Positions 26,915 to 35,539 of a stretch of DNA of 62,077 nt are shown piece by piece. The notes under the pieces were generated by a model that had not been told where the DNA came from, ran no database searches, and was given only the letters and a program-made list of their open reading frames with translations. Location: positions 1-62,077 of the forward strand of contig CAZGPZ010000001.1 of the NCBI GenBank assembly GCA_964527385.1. Direction: 5' to 3'. Position numbers and translations under genes: made by a program. Numbering within the stretch: the stretch's first letter is position 1; every line of letters starts with the position of its first letter. Origin of the DNA: an uncultured Candidatus Saccharibacteria bacterium. GTDB taxonomy: Bacteria; Patescibacteriota; Saccharimonadia; Saccharimonadales; UBA4665.

Positions 26915-27185
26915 CTAGTACTGCAAGAACTGTTGCCACGATGCGCGGCGGACGTCCACGTGGACGCGTGACGGTTTGGTATCGATGATTTTTATTTTGA
27001 CTGGCATTCTACTAGCTCCCAACTAACAAGCTGCCTTAGCGGCAACAGCCACCAAGACCATAACTTTTATATTTTTGTTAATTTTTGTCTCACATGGCGG
27101 CTCTCGCTGTCCGCTTGGTGTACATAGAGTAGTGTAGCAAACTGCTCGTGCTTGTCAATAAGCGGAGACGGTTCGTGTCCAGCAC

Positions 27186-27737
27186 TTAGCTGCTTTGTGC
27201 TACCAGCCCGTCCAGCTCGGTTTGCAGTTGGAAGTCAACGCCCGCGGCGGCATACGCTTCGTAACTGGCGAATGGCTGTGCCAGTTGCACTTCGCCAGCC
27301 GACAAGACCAATTGGTCGGCGGCTGGGTCGGGTCCCAGGGGTTCGCATGATACGATTTCGATAGTTCGCCCTTCGCTTGTCCTATACTCACCGCCCCCGT
27401 TCGTAAACTGCAAAATCCGTCCTGCCTGGTCAAGCGCGAACCCTGCATGAAGAAACACCGGTTTGCCTTCTACGTGAGCGCTATCAACAGCTATTGTTGA
27501 TTCATATAGCATCCGTACTGGTATACGTAGCTCCATTATTGGGCTGCCCGTAAGGGTGGGTATGCCAGGTTTCCTGGCCAGGACTACCGCGCCGGGACCT
27601 GCTTCCCAATCAATGCCTGCGGCAATTTCGGCCGCGCGGCAGAGCAGCTCGAAACGGACCGCCAAAGCTGCGTTTCTCGCCTGTTCGGCGGCTGGGGAAA
27701 GGTTATTATAACCACCACTACTATCAGTCTTGGACAT
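27186..27737 (-). CDS. hypothetical protein
   Basis: SD AAGGAG. 183 aa. No family recognised. Confidence 0.55.
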   Translation of the reverse strand: MSKTDSSGGYNNLSPAAEQARNAALAVRFELLCRAAEIAAGIDWEAGPGAVVLARKPGIPTLTGSPIMELRIPVRMLYESTIAVDSAHVEGKPVFLHAGFALDQAGRILQFTNGGGEYRTSEGRTIEIVSCEPLGPDPAADQLVLSAGEVQLAQPFASYEAYAAAGVDFQLQTELDGLVAQSS

Positions 27738-27884
27738 AGGGCTCCTTCGTTGGGTAGTGGATAACTATAGCACGTTTAGGAATTATTCCGATGGCGGGCG
27801 TTACGCCCGGTGCAATTCCCTGCTGAATTTGAGCAAAACATCACGAAGGTGGGCTTTGCTGGCGTCAAAGAGGTATCTTACGAT

Positions 27885-28061
27885 TTATTCGGCAGGGATG
27901 CCTTCGCAGCACTTGGTCGGCATTTTGCACGCTGGGCAGACGAAATGGCCATGCATAGGTTCGATCGGGTAGTGGCCGCAGTTGTCGCAGAAGAATTCGG
28001 GCGATTGCTCTGCAACGAGCTCGCGGTAGATGTCAGTATCACCGGGATTGTTGGTATCCAT
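27885..28061 (-). CDS. small zinc-ribbon protein (58 aa)
   Basis: CDNCGH...CPACK plus CC. Start at ATG 28061, 6 nt after TATACT. Confidence 0.5.
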   Translation of the reverse strand: MDTNNPGDTDIYRELVAEQSPEFFCDNCGHYPIEPMHGHFVCPACKMPTKCCEGIPAE

Positions 28062-28073
28062 GGTAGTAGTATA
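28059..28073 (-). promoter_or_regulatory. -10 TATACT 6 nt upstream of ATG 28061; leaderless
   Basis: Minus strand reads gaTATACTactaccATG. Confidence 0.45.
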
Positions 28074-28135
28074 TCCCAGCGATGCTTGGTATACTGATAG
28101 CATAAGAGCAATAAAATAAACATCATATTGGAACT

Positions 28136-29836
28136 ATGGCTCCCGACGGTATTTTTCTCCAACTGAGTTTGGTCATCGTGCTTGGCGCGGTGGTCGCGGT
28201 CGTGATGCGCCTGTTGCGCCAGCCGCTTATCTTGGGCTACATATTGACTGGCGTGATCGTCGGTCCGACCGTGCTCAACTTGCTCCGCTTGGACACGTTC
28301 GACGCGTTTGCCAGCATCGGCATCACACTGCTGCTTTTCATCATCGGCTTGGGCATGAATGTTTCCGTCATCAGGCGGCTCGGAAGCACTGTCTTCGTCG
28401 CGGCGATGGTCGAGTTTTTGACCGTCGGTTCGGCCGGGTTCGTCGTGGCCAGTTTGCTCGGTTTCACGCGCACTGAAGCGCTCATCGCGGGATTATGCCT
28501 GTTCTTCAGCAGCACAATCATCATCGTCAAGATCTTGACCGACAAGAAAGAGCAGAACCGCCTGCACGGCCAGATTGCCATCGGCATCATCCTGCTGGAC
28601 GACATTGTGGCGACGATCGCCCTGCTGTTGGTGACAGCTGGCAAGAACCACGATGCGGGGCTGTCGCACCTCGGCATGCTGGTGTTGCAAGGGTCGCTGC
28701 TGGCGGCGTTTATGATCCTGATGAGCAACGTGCTGCTGCCAAGAATTACGCGGTTTGTTGCGGGATCGCAGGAAATGCTGTTCCTGTTCGCAGTCGGCTG
28801 GGGCTTTGGCGTTGCCAGCCTATTCGAGATCGCGGGGTTTTCGATTGAGATCGGCGCGCTGTTCGCCGGCGTGTCGCTGGCCGGACTGCCCTACGCCCAG
28901 GAGATCGAGGCGCGGTTGAAGCCGCTCCGTGATTTCTTCGTGGTCCTGTTTTTCATCGTGCTCGGCAAGAGCCTGACACTGACGGGCGTGACGGACGCTA
29001 TCGTGCCAGGACTGGCGTTGGCTGCCGTGGTAATCATACTTAAACCTGCCACAATCGTGGCGACGCTCGGCGCGATGGGGTATAGCAAACGGGTCAGTTT
29101 CATGGCCGGCATCCACTTGTCGCAGATCAGCGAATTCTCGATCGTTCTGGCGGTGCTGGCGGTCAATACGGGCGTGGCGGGCGGGCGCCTGAGCACGGCA
29201 ATCACGCTGGTTGCGATTTTCACGATCGCCAGTTCGTCGTACCTGACGCATTATGACAATGGGCTTTTCAAACTATTCGACAAATGGCGGTTGATGCTTT
29301 TCGAACGCACGAAGACCAAAGAGCGGCGACGGGCGCCCGGTTACCAACTCGTTCTGATCGGTTACAGCCGCGGTGGGCAGGATTTTATCAAGACATTCCA
29401 AGGGCTCCATAAGCGCTACATTGTCATCGACTATGACCCGTCGGTCGCCGACGTGCTGCAGGAGAAGCGCATCCCGTATTTGTACGGCGACGCGACGGAC
29501 ACGGAGCTGCTCGACGAGATCGGCATCCACACCGCCAAACTGATTATCAGCACGGTGACGGACTTCGAGACCAATTCGCAACTGGTCCGCCATCTGAACC
29601 TTTTGAACCCAGAAATAGTCATCGTCTGCAATGCCAGTAGCTACGAAGAAGCGCTGCAGTTGTATGAATTAGGTTCAAGCTACGTCATAATCCCCCACCA
29701 CGCCAGTACCGACCATCTCAATTCGCTCATCCAGCGCAACGGCATCGACCGGCGGCACTTCGACCGCTACCGCGCCAAACACCTGCAAAAATTAGAACAA
29801 GATCACCCATTGTCTGCTGCCGAGGGCGCCCTTTAA
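28136..29836 (+). CDS. cation:proton antiporter (CPA2/Kef-type) with C-terminal RCK/TrkA-N domain
   Basis: About 12 TMs, then LVLIGYSRGGQ Rossmann-type RCK. Confidence 0.9.
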   Translation: MAPDGIFLQLSLVIVLGAVVAVVMRLLRQPLILGYILTGVIVGPTVLNLLRLDTFDAFASIGITLLLFIIGLGMNVSVIRRLGSTVFVAAMVEFLTVGSAGFVVASLLGFTRTEALIAGLCLFFSSTIIIVKILTDKKEQNRLHGQIAIGIILLDDIVATIALLLVTAGKNHDAGLSHLGMLVLQGSLLAAFMILMSNVLLPRITRFVAGSQEMLFLFAVGWGFGVASLFEIAGFSIEIGALFAGVSLAGLPYAQEIEARLKPLRDFFVVLFFIVLGKSLTLTGVTDAIVPGLALAAVVIILKPATIVATLGAMGYSKRVSFMAGIHLSQISEFSIVLAVLAVNTGVAGGRLSTAITLVAIFTIASSSYLTHYDNGLFKLFDKWRLMLFERTKTKERRRAPGYQLVLIGYSRGGQDFIKTFQGLHKRYIVIDYDPSVADVLQEKRIPYLYGDATDTELLDEIGIHTAKLIISTVTDFETNSQLVRHLNLLNPEIVIVCNASSYEEALQLYELGSSYVIIPHHASTDHLNSLIQRNGIDRRHFDRYRAKHLQKLEQDHPLSAAEGAL

Positions 29837-31407
29837 GACGCAGTTACTACCGTGCGAACCGCTTTGCTGCCCGCAGTCTTTTGCCTAGCGCGACGGGCGA
29901 TACCGCCGATATCGATAACTTCGCCGTTCGGGCCAAGGCACGCCCCGCATCCCGCGCGCATACAGTGGGCTTTGCCGTCGGGGTCACGGCGAACATGCAC
30001 GCGCCACCTCGACTTACTTTCGGATCCGTCGTCGTCGTACTTGCTGCAGTAGCAGTTATCGATCCAGTAATCGCAGGCTTCCTCGCTCTTTGCCTGGCGC
30101 TCGTTGTCTTTTGCTTTGCCGCCGTATGGTTCCTGCGGATTGCCGATTTCGGCCCCTGGTTCTTCATCCGCGCCGTCTTTGATGAAGTGTAGCCCCGCGC
30201 AGCCGCTATAGCTTCGCTTGGCCTGGATGCCGGCTTGTACGTGCCGGGCAAGCTGGGCATGCATCGCCGCGGCGGGCATGCCGCCACTCATGGCTCCCGC
30301 CGGTTGGGGATCTGCTGGTTCAAACCAATCATGGTTGCCGCTGGAAATACCGGCACCCAGCCGCGCCCGCAAGTCTTCCACCAACGCATAACGGACGAGC
30401 CGTTCCATAGTGCGGCCGGAGGCGGCTGTGAATTCTGGCTCGCCATCCGCAAGCCGCGCAAGTTCTGACTTCATCTCGGTATCATCGAGCACGTCTGCCG
30501 AGATTGTTTGCAGGAGCGCGGCCGCCAGGCCTTGCATCGTTTCGTTGTTTTCGCCGCTATAGAGCGCAGTGGCAAGCGGACGGATGTAGTGATCGAAATA
30601 CCGCTGGACGATAGCGTCGTGCTGGCGTAGGAAGTCAGTGACCGAGTAACGCCGATGTGTTTGCCCGATCTGCCGGTAGTACGACTCGCGGATCCGGCCC
30701 GCCAGGCCAAGCGCATCTTTGATAGGCATATTGGCACGTAGCCCATGGCGGATCCATTCGTCAGCAGGTGTGTCGGCAGGCACGTCCAAGCCGAAGGCAC
30801 CCAACACGGCGCGCCAATCTTGCTTGCTGCTCGCCTCGACCGACAGGCAATGCGCGGTTATCTTGCCGCCGACGTTCACGTACACTTGCACGAACGACAT
30901 ACCGGGAACGTAGCCGAGGCCGCCCATGTCTATTCCCTGGGAAAATGCTTCTTCGGGGCACATGCTGAGGACGGCATAGACGTCACCGGGATTCGCCAAC
31001 GCGTCCACAGCTTCAGCGGTCAAGACATCGCCGTAATCGCGCGCTGCTTGCACGCGTTTGCGCGGGTCCTTGCTGGCTTCTGCTTGTGACGCCTCGTGAC
31101 CGCGCCGGACAATGTCAATCATCGGCGTGCCGTCAGCGGCAACCGCACGGCCGTTTTCGACTTCGAAATCGTACGTCCGCGCGACATCAAGCAAATGAGA
31201 CAGCTCTTTGTCGGTCTTCAGGTTTTCAGCTGCTCCCGCCGCAAAATCCGCGTACGCGAGCCCGGCGGCAATCACCCCCTCGCGGGAAGACCCGCGGCAA
31301 GCCAGCTCGCCGAGCCGGCGCAATGTTTCCATCGACAGCGCGTACACCTCCGGGCCAACAGCTTTTGGCATAGCGAACGGATCGGTTTCGAAGGGCACAG
31401 TAACCAT
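29833..31407 (-). CDS. uncharacterised 524-aa cytoplasmic protein with C-terminal Cys cluster
   Basis: Starts 4 nt after the upstream stop. No TM. CDYWIDNCYC ... HCMRAGCGAC. No family recognised. Confidence 0.7.
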   Translation of the reverse strand: MVTVPFETDPFAMPKAVGPEVYALSMETLRRLGELACRGSSREGVIAAGLAYADFAAGAAENLKTDKELSHLLDVARTYDFEVENGRAVAADGTPMIDIVRRGHEASQAEASKDPRKRVQAARDYGDVLTAEAVDALANPGDVYAVLSMCPEEAFSQGIDMGGLGYVPGMSFVQVYVNVGGKITAHCLSVEASSKQDWRAVLGAFGLDVPADTPADEWIRHGLRANMPIKDALGLAGRIRESYYRQIGQTHRRYSVTDFLRQHDAIVQRYFDHYIRPLATALYSGENNETMQGLAAALLQTISADVLDDTEMKSELARLADGEPEFTAASGRTMERLVRYALVEDLRARLGAGISSGNHDWFEPADPQPAGAMSGGMPAAAMHAQLARHVQAGIQAKRSYSGCAGLHFIKDGADEEPGAEIGNPQEPYGGKAKDNERQAKSEEACDYWIDNCYCSKYDDDGSESKSRWRVHVRRDPDGKAHCMRAGCGACLGPNGEVIDIGGIARRARQKTAGSKAVRTVVTAS

Positions 31408-31411
31408 AGGG

Positions 31412-31945
31412 CTATCGCGCCACCGGGCGGTATGCTAGGCTGCGCCGCGCCGCTGTAATCGCAACCGCGTACAAGCCGAATAGCACTGCTGAGTAAAATG
31501 CATCACTGAACACGGTATTACGGAAGAACGGCAGCGCCATGGCATAACATTCGGCAAGACCGCTCCAACTATGAGCGTACATGCCGCTGGCAACCCAGAC
31601 GGCGAAGTTGGTGGCAACAAAGAAGAAGCTGCTCGCCGCCAACACCACGGCGGCACCCTTGTATATTGTTGGCCTGCGCAACCACACATTGCTTGCCAGG
31701 ACAACCAGCACGTAGCAACACCACACGATGGGCATGATGTCGTAGAAACCGATGAGCGCATCGGAAATAATTGCGGCCACGAGCGGCACCCACCATGCCA
31801 ACTTTCGCGGAAGTACTGCGCCGCCAAAGATTGCCACCGCGGTCATGGGCGCAAAATTCGCCGGGTGCGGCAGCAGGCGTGCCGCGGCAGCGAACACGAC
31901 CAAGCATATCGCGATAACTAGCGTATATTCGCCGCGCCCTTTCAT
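31412..31945 (-). CDS. six-TM membrane protein, ECF-S-component-like/DUF6580-like (from memory)
   Basis: ATG 31945 overlaps the upstream stop (ATGA). LPHPANFAPMTAVAIFGG motif. Confidence 0.65.
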   Translation of the reverse strand: MKGRGEYTLVIAICLVVFAAAARLLPHPANFAPMTAVAIFGGAVLPRKLAWWVPLVAAIISDALIGFYDIMPIVWCCYVLVVLASNVWLRRPTIYKGAAVVLAASSFFFVATNFAVWVASGMYAHSWSGLAECYAMALPFFRNTVFSDAFYSAVLFGLYAVAITAARRSLAYRPVAR

Positions 31946-32319
31946 TGCAACTTCCACATGAGCATGTCGCTATTTTTGGTTACGTAGCTGCCAGCGCCGA
32001 CAGAAGCCTCTTTGCCATTGATATAAAACGTCCAGTATTTCGGGCCGTTGCCGGCGACGCCGTTGATGCTCACGACAAGGTCGCCGAACGAGTAATGTTT
32101 GGTGCTAACGGTGGCATGTTGCTTCAGCAAGGCAAGCGCGTCGGAACCATCACGGCCAGGGTAGCTGATTTGCGCCAATTGGTGCTGGGTGCTGGCAGCT
32201 GCAGCTGGAGCAGCAGGTTTGTGCGCAATATATACCCAGGCACAGCCGCCGGCGATAATCGCCACCAGCAAGATAGTCGTGGCGACGATTTTGGTTTTAG
32301 TGCGAACTGCTCGGTTCAT
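31942..32319 (-). CDS. membrane-anchored DUF4430-like (transcobalamin-like) putative cobalamin-binding protein
   Basis: ATG 32319 with a GGGGG SD. N-terminal TM. GPKYWTFYINGKEASVGAGSYVTKNSDMLMW. Confidence 0.7.
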   Translation of the reverse strand: MNRAVRTKTKIVATTILLVAIIAGGCAWVYIAHKPAAPAAAASTQHQLAQISYPGRDGSDALALLKQHATVSTKHYSFGDLVVSINGVAGNGPKYWTFYINGKEASVGAGSYVTKNSDMLMWKLQ

Positions 32320-32339
32320 GGATACCCCCACTTTTCTCG

Positions 32340-32460
32340 GGTGCGGGCAGCCAAAAATGGATGCTCTTGCTCGAGAGACTTTAAGAAACCGTATCTGGCT
32401 TTAACAGTTGCGGCACAGCTCGGGAATTGCACCCGAATTCCGGTTCTGATTGTTAACAAT
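32340..32460 (-). promoter_or_regulatory. cobalamin (B12) riboswitch candidate
   Basis: Minus strand reads GGAATTCGGGTGCAATTCCCGAGCTGTGCCGCAACTGTTAAAGCCAGATACGG. This matches the GGTGnAAnTCC...GCnG..CCGCnACTGT core and has a B12-box-like element. Confidence 0.65.
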
Positions 32461-32518
32461 TAGTAGTGTAGCAGCCGAGTCACACGCTAGATATAGTAAT
32501 TTTGATGACGTTTATGCA

Positions 32519-33232
32519 CTAGTTGACTGCAAAACTCTTGACGATCTGGGCAAACGTCGTGTAATCAGGGTTCGGGCTGTTGTCGGTGTAGACGAGCAGT
32601 ATACGGTGTTTGCCAGTTGTTTGGCTGGTAAGAGTAACCATATTCATGCCTTCGTCGGAACCGATCGCAACAACGTCGCGCTCATAGTTGCCAATGTCGC
32701 ACAAGAAGTTAACGCCATTCCATTTTGCGGACGCGGTACCGGTCCGGGTTGACGCTGCCGTCTTGTCGGTGAAATTGACACAGTTGTCTGACGTCGTGCC
32801 GATCGCGTTCAGATGGTCTCCGTCGGCTTCAACCGGCAAGAGGTGGTTGACCGCCAGATTGGTTGGAATATCGTCTATGTATACGTCGAGCCACCGCGCC
32901 CGGTCGTCTTTGACCGTTCCCTGCCAAGTGACTAGTGGCAATGGAGACGTACCACCTGTATTAATATGCTCTTGCCACGTACTTGGAACATCGAACGAAA
33001 CATTGCCTTTGATAATATGTTTGGTCTGCGTGCTGCTAATGGGGACATTTTTGACAACCGCGTTGGACTGGTTCAGGACGGTACTTGGCTGCAAGAGCTG
33101 CCTGGCACCCATGACACCACCAACTACAAGACCGGCAAGGATGCATACGATGACGGCAAGCCGGATATAGTGGTGCTTGGGCCGATGGCCGAGTTGGTAC
33201 ATAGTAATTTTTACATTTCTATGCAATATCAT
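32519..33232 (-). CDS. membrane-anchored hypothetical protein
   Basis: One TM (LAVIVCILAGLVVGGVM). The start is uncertain: 33232 or ATG 33202. Confidence 0.55.
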   Translation of the reverse strand: MILHRNVKITMYQLGHRPKHHYIRLAVIVCILAGLVVGGVMGARQLLQPSTVLNQSNAVVKNVPISSTQTKHIIKGNVSFDVPSTWQEHINTGGTSPLPLVTWQGTVKDDRARWLDVYIDDIPTNLAVNHLLPVEADGDHLNAIGTTSDNCVNFTDKTAASTRTGTASAKWNGVNFLCDIGNYERDVVAIGSDEGMNMVTLTSQTTGKHRILLVYTDNSPNPDYTTFAQIVKSFAVN

Positions 33233-33249
33233 TATAGCGCTACCGGTTA

Positions 33250-33723
33250 TTACTTTTGCAAGCTGTTATGTTTCTTGAGCACGGCGAGGCGAGGCTGGAA
33301 GCTTTGGGCCGCGGCATCGAGCCCGAGCACGTGCAGCGCGCCCACGAGCACCAACAGGCTATCTAAGTCTTGTCCGGCGCCGGAGCTTTCCGCCTGTGCG
33401 AACATATGCTCGACTTTGCTGACCAGCCATTTCTCCTCGGCGGGCGCGACCATGTTGGTCGTGAACGCCATATCCTCGGCAGGCTGGGTCAGCTCGAGCG
33501 ACCGGGCGGAATAATCGCGCTTTTTCAGGTGCCCCCGTTTGATCAGGCTGCGCACGTGCAGCGCGACGGTCGCGACCGACGTGTAGTTCAGCCCGTTCAT
33601 GATCTCGCGGTAGCTCGGGCTGTAGCCGTGCTGTTGGATAAATTCACCTATGAACGTCAAGAGCTCACGCTGCTTCTTGGTCGGGCGCACCGGAACGGCA
33701 GGAGGTGTTTGTTTTTCGTTCAT
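33250..33723 (-). CDS. LexA-type winged-helix DNA-binding protein lacking S24 peptidase domain
   Basis: TKKQRELLTFIGEFIQQHGYSPSYREIMNGLNYTSVATVALHVRSLIKRGHL. The C-terminal 75 aa are helical with no Ser/Lys dyad context. Confidence 0.7.
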   Translation of the reverse strand: MNEKQTPPAVPVRPTKKQRELLTFIGEFIQQHGYSPSYREIMNGLNYTSVATVALHVRSLIKRGHLKKRDYSARSLELTQPAEDMAFTTNMVAPAEEKWLVSKVEHMFAQAESSGAGQDLDSLLVLVGALHVLGLDAAAQSFQPRLAVLKKHNSLQK

Positions 33724-33736
33724 GCTTATGACTATA
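33721..33736 (-). promoter_or_regulatory. -10 TATAGT 7 nt upstream of ATG 33723; leaderless
   Basis: Minus strand reads gcTATAGTcataagcATG, immediately after the GtrA stop. Confidence 0.5.
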
Positions 33737-33743
33737 GCGCGTA

Positions 33744-34181
33744 TTATTGCGCGCCTTCAAGCGGGCCGGGCTGCTTAGGCCGAAAAACCCAGTATTTGTA
33801 CCACAGCCATTTCCATACATTGAAGAATTGCGAAGCGATGAACAAGCCAATAAACGGCGAGACGCCCACCCACTTAAGGCCGCCGACCAATGCGTAGTCG
33901 ATAACGAGGTTTACCAAGCTAATGGCCGTGAACTTGCCGAATATCACCCGTGGCTGGTGCCCGTGGCGCTCTTCCTTAAACGCAATGAGATACTGGATAG
34001 CAAAATTAACGGACCAGCCGAGCGTGTCGCCAACAATCTTGGCTGGCAGCCAAGACCAGTGCAACAAGCCATACAAGAAACTGAACACCACGTAGCCGAT
34101 CACGAAGAACGCGAGTCCGCCGGCGTTGAAAAAGACGAATTGCACGACGCCTTTTTTGGTAGGGCGTTTGAGCCGTTTCAT
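33744..34181 (-). CDS. GtrA-family membrane protein
   Basis: 145 aa, four TMs, typical GtrA-like layout. 4-nt overlap with the upstream gene. Confidence 0.75.
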   Translation of the reverse strand: MKRLKRPTKKGVVQFVFFNAGGLAFFVIGYVVFSFLYGLLHWSWLPAKIVGDTLGWSVNFAIQYLIAFKEERHGHQPRVIFGKFTAISLVNLVIDYALVGGLKWVGVSPFIGLFIASQFFNVWKWLWYKYWVFRPKQPGPLEGAQ

Positions 34182-35515
34182 GGCTTTGGTCGCGGCGTTC
34201 CGAGCGTGATACCGGCTAATCCCCAGAAAATATATGCGAGCGTGTCATCAGCCCACACGTGGCTGAGCAGCCCGACGAAGCTGATACCAGCCAGGCCGGC
34301 TAGCAAACCGAGTGCTAAGGGGTCGCGGCGGCGCAGCCAGAGCTGGCGGGCAAGCAGCGCGTTGATCGCCAAGAATAGCCCGAGCCCGACAATGCCTGTC
34401 TCTTGCCCGATCTGCAGGAAGTAGTTTTCCGCGATCCTGCCGGGATGACCGGTGTTGTATAGCGACGCCGGGCCAGCCGTGCCCGGGCCGCGGCCGAGCG
34501 GCTCGGTTGCCACGTCGCGGGCGCCTTGCTGGAATGCCGCGACGTGCGCTTCATTAGACGTAGTTTGGACGGCAGAACGCGTCTGCGTATGGAAGAAGAC
34601 GTTCTGGAAGGTTGTGTCGTCCCGAAGCAAGAGAACAATCCCACTGGAAAGCAGCGTGCAGAGCGCGGCGATTACGAGCGCGTAAACGCGTGCTTTCCGG
34701 CTGCGCAAGCTCGCCCAAACCATGCACACGAGCGCAATCCCCAGGCCGATCCAGGCGCTGCGGGAAAAGGTCAGCGCGAGCACCAGCGCGCCGAAAGCCA
34801 CAAAGACGCCGCCGACCGCCAAGACACGGCGTTTGCGAGGCTGCAACAACTGTCTGCCCTGCGTGAGCATCACAGGCGTGAATAAACCTAGCACAACAAC
34901 TAGGTAAGCGCCGAGCGGGTTGGCACCACGCAAACTGGACATGACGCGGATATACGCGATGTTGTGGTTGATCGTCTCGTACGGAAAAATAGTCGCATTA
35001 CCATAACCCAGGTGTGCCATAAAATCATATGGCAGCACGAAATACTGCAAGAGCCCAATGATAATGACCACGGCCGCCGGCCAGAATACCAGCCGCGCCC
35101 ACCAGGCATGCAGCCAGGGAACCTTGGCGGCAACCACCCAGGCAACGAGGAAAAATAACACATAACGCGTATCGCTGGCCCAACCATATAACAGCGCCGG
35201 CAGGGCAACGTTTCCCAACGCGTACGCGGCAATCCCCCATGCGATTTGGACCGCGATGTACAACCCGATAAGCCGGGCCAGCCACGACGCGGCCAGCCGG
35301 CGGCGAAGCGAGGGATCTTTTGCCAGCACCAGGACCACGCCGCCCACGAGCACGGCAAGCAAACATTCCTTCCACAGCCGTAGCGCGGTATAGTGGCCGG
35401 CAAACGACGAAACCCACACCGTAAGCAGCGCATGGAACGGCATTGCTACGATGACCACGGCAATGGCGGCAGCCAGCCAAGCGGCAAGGGTTTGACTGGT
35501 CAAACGGTTTCGCAT
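34178..35515 (-). CDS. O-antigen ligase/polymerase-like (Wzy_C) membrane protein
   Basis: 445 aa, more than 10 TMs, with a periplasmic loop containing RSAW... Confidence 0.75.
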   Translation of the reverse strand: MRNRLTSQTLAAWLAAAIAVVIVAMPFHALLTVWVSSFAGHYTALRLWKECLLAVLVGGVVLVLAKDPSLRRRLAASWLARLIGLYIAVQIAWGIAAYALGNVALPALLYGWASDTRYVLFFLVAWVVAAKVPWLHAWWARLVFWPAAVVIIIGLLQYFVLPYDFMAHLGYGNATIFPYETINHNIAYIRVMSSLRGANPLGAYLVVVLGLFTPVMLTQGRQLLQPRKRRVLAVGGVFVAFGALVLALTFSRSAWIGLGIALVCMVWASLRSRKARVYALVIAALCTLLSSGIVLLLRDDTTFQNVFFHTQTRSAVQTTSNEAHVAAFQQGARDVATEPLGRGPGTAGPASLYNTGHPGRIAENYFLQIGQETGIVGLGLFLAINALLARQLWLRRRDPLALGLLAGLAGISFVGLLSHVWADDTLAYIFWGLAGITLGTPRPKP

Positions 35516-35539
35516 AGGTGTTACAATTTAGTATATTCC

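Noticed and set aside
26953-26966. The perfect 14-bp palindrome CGTCCACGTGGACG as a terminator or att site.
   Set aside because: As RNA it gives only a 5-bp stem, and the nearest T-run is ~20 nt away. No second copy occurs in the window. It is mentioned under the SGNH islet but not called as a feature.
27170-27180. tRNA T-loop-like GGTTCGTGTCC.
   Set aside because: No complementary T-stem, acceptor stem or anticodon arm can be drawn around it. No tRNA is called anywhere in the window.
33399-33412. Cheo/SOS-box-like sequence CGAACATATGCTCG.
   Set aside because: It lies inside the lexA-like coding sequence (encoding ..EHMFA..) and has a mismatch in the GTTC arm. I saw no similar boxes in promoter regions, so this is probably coincidence.
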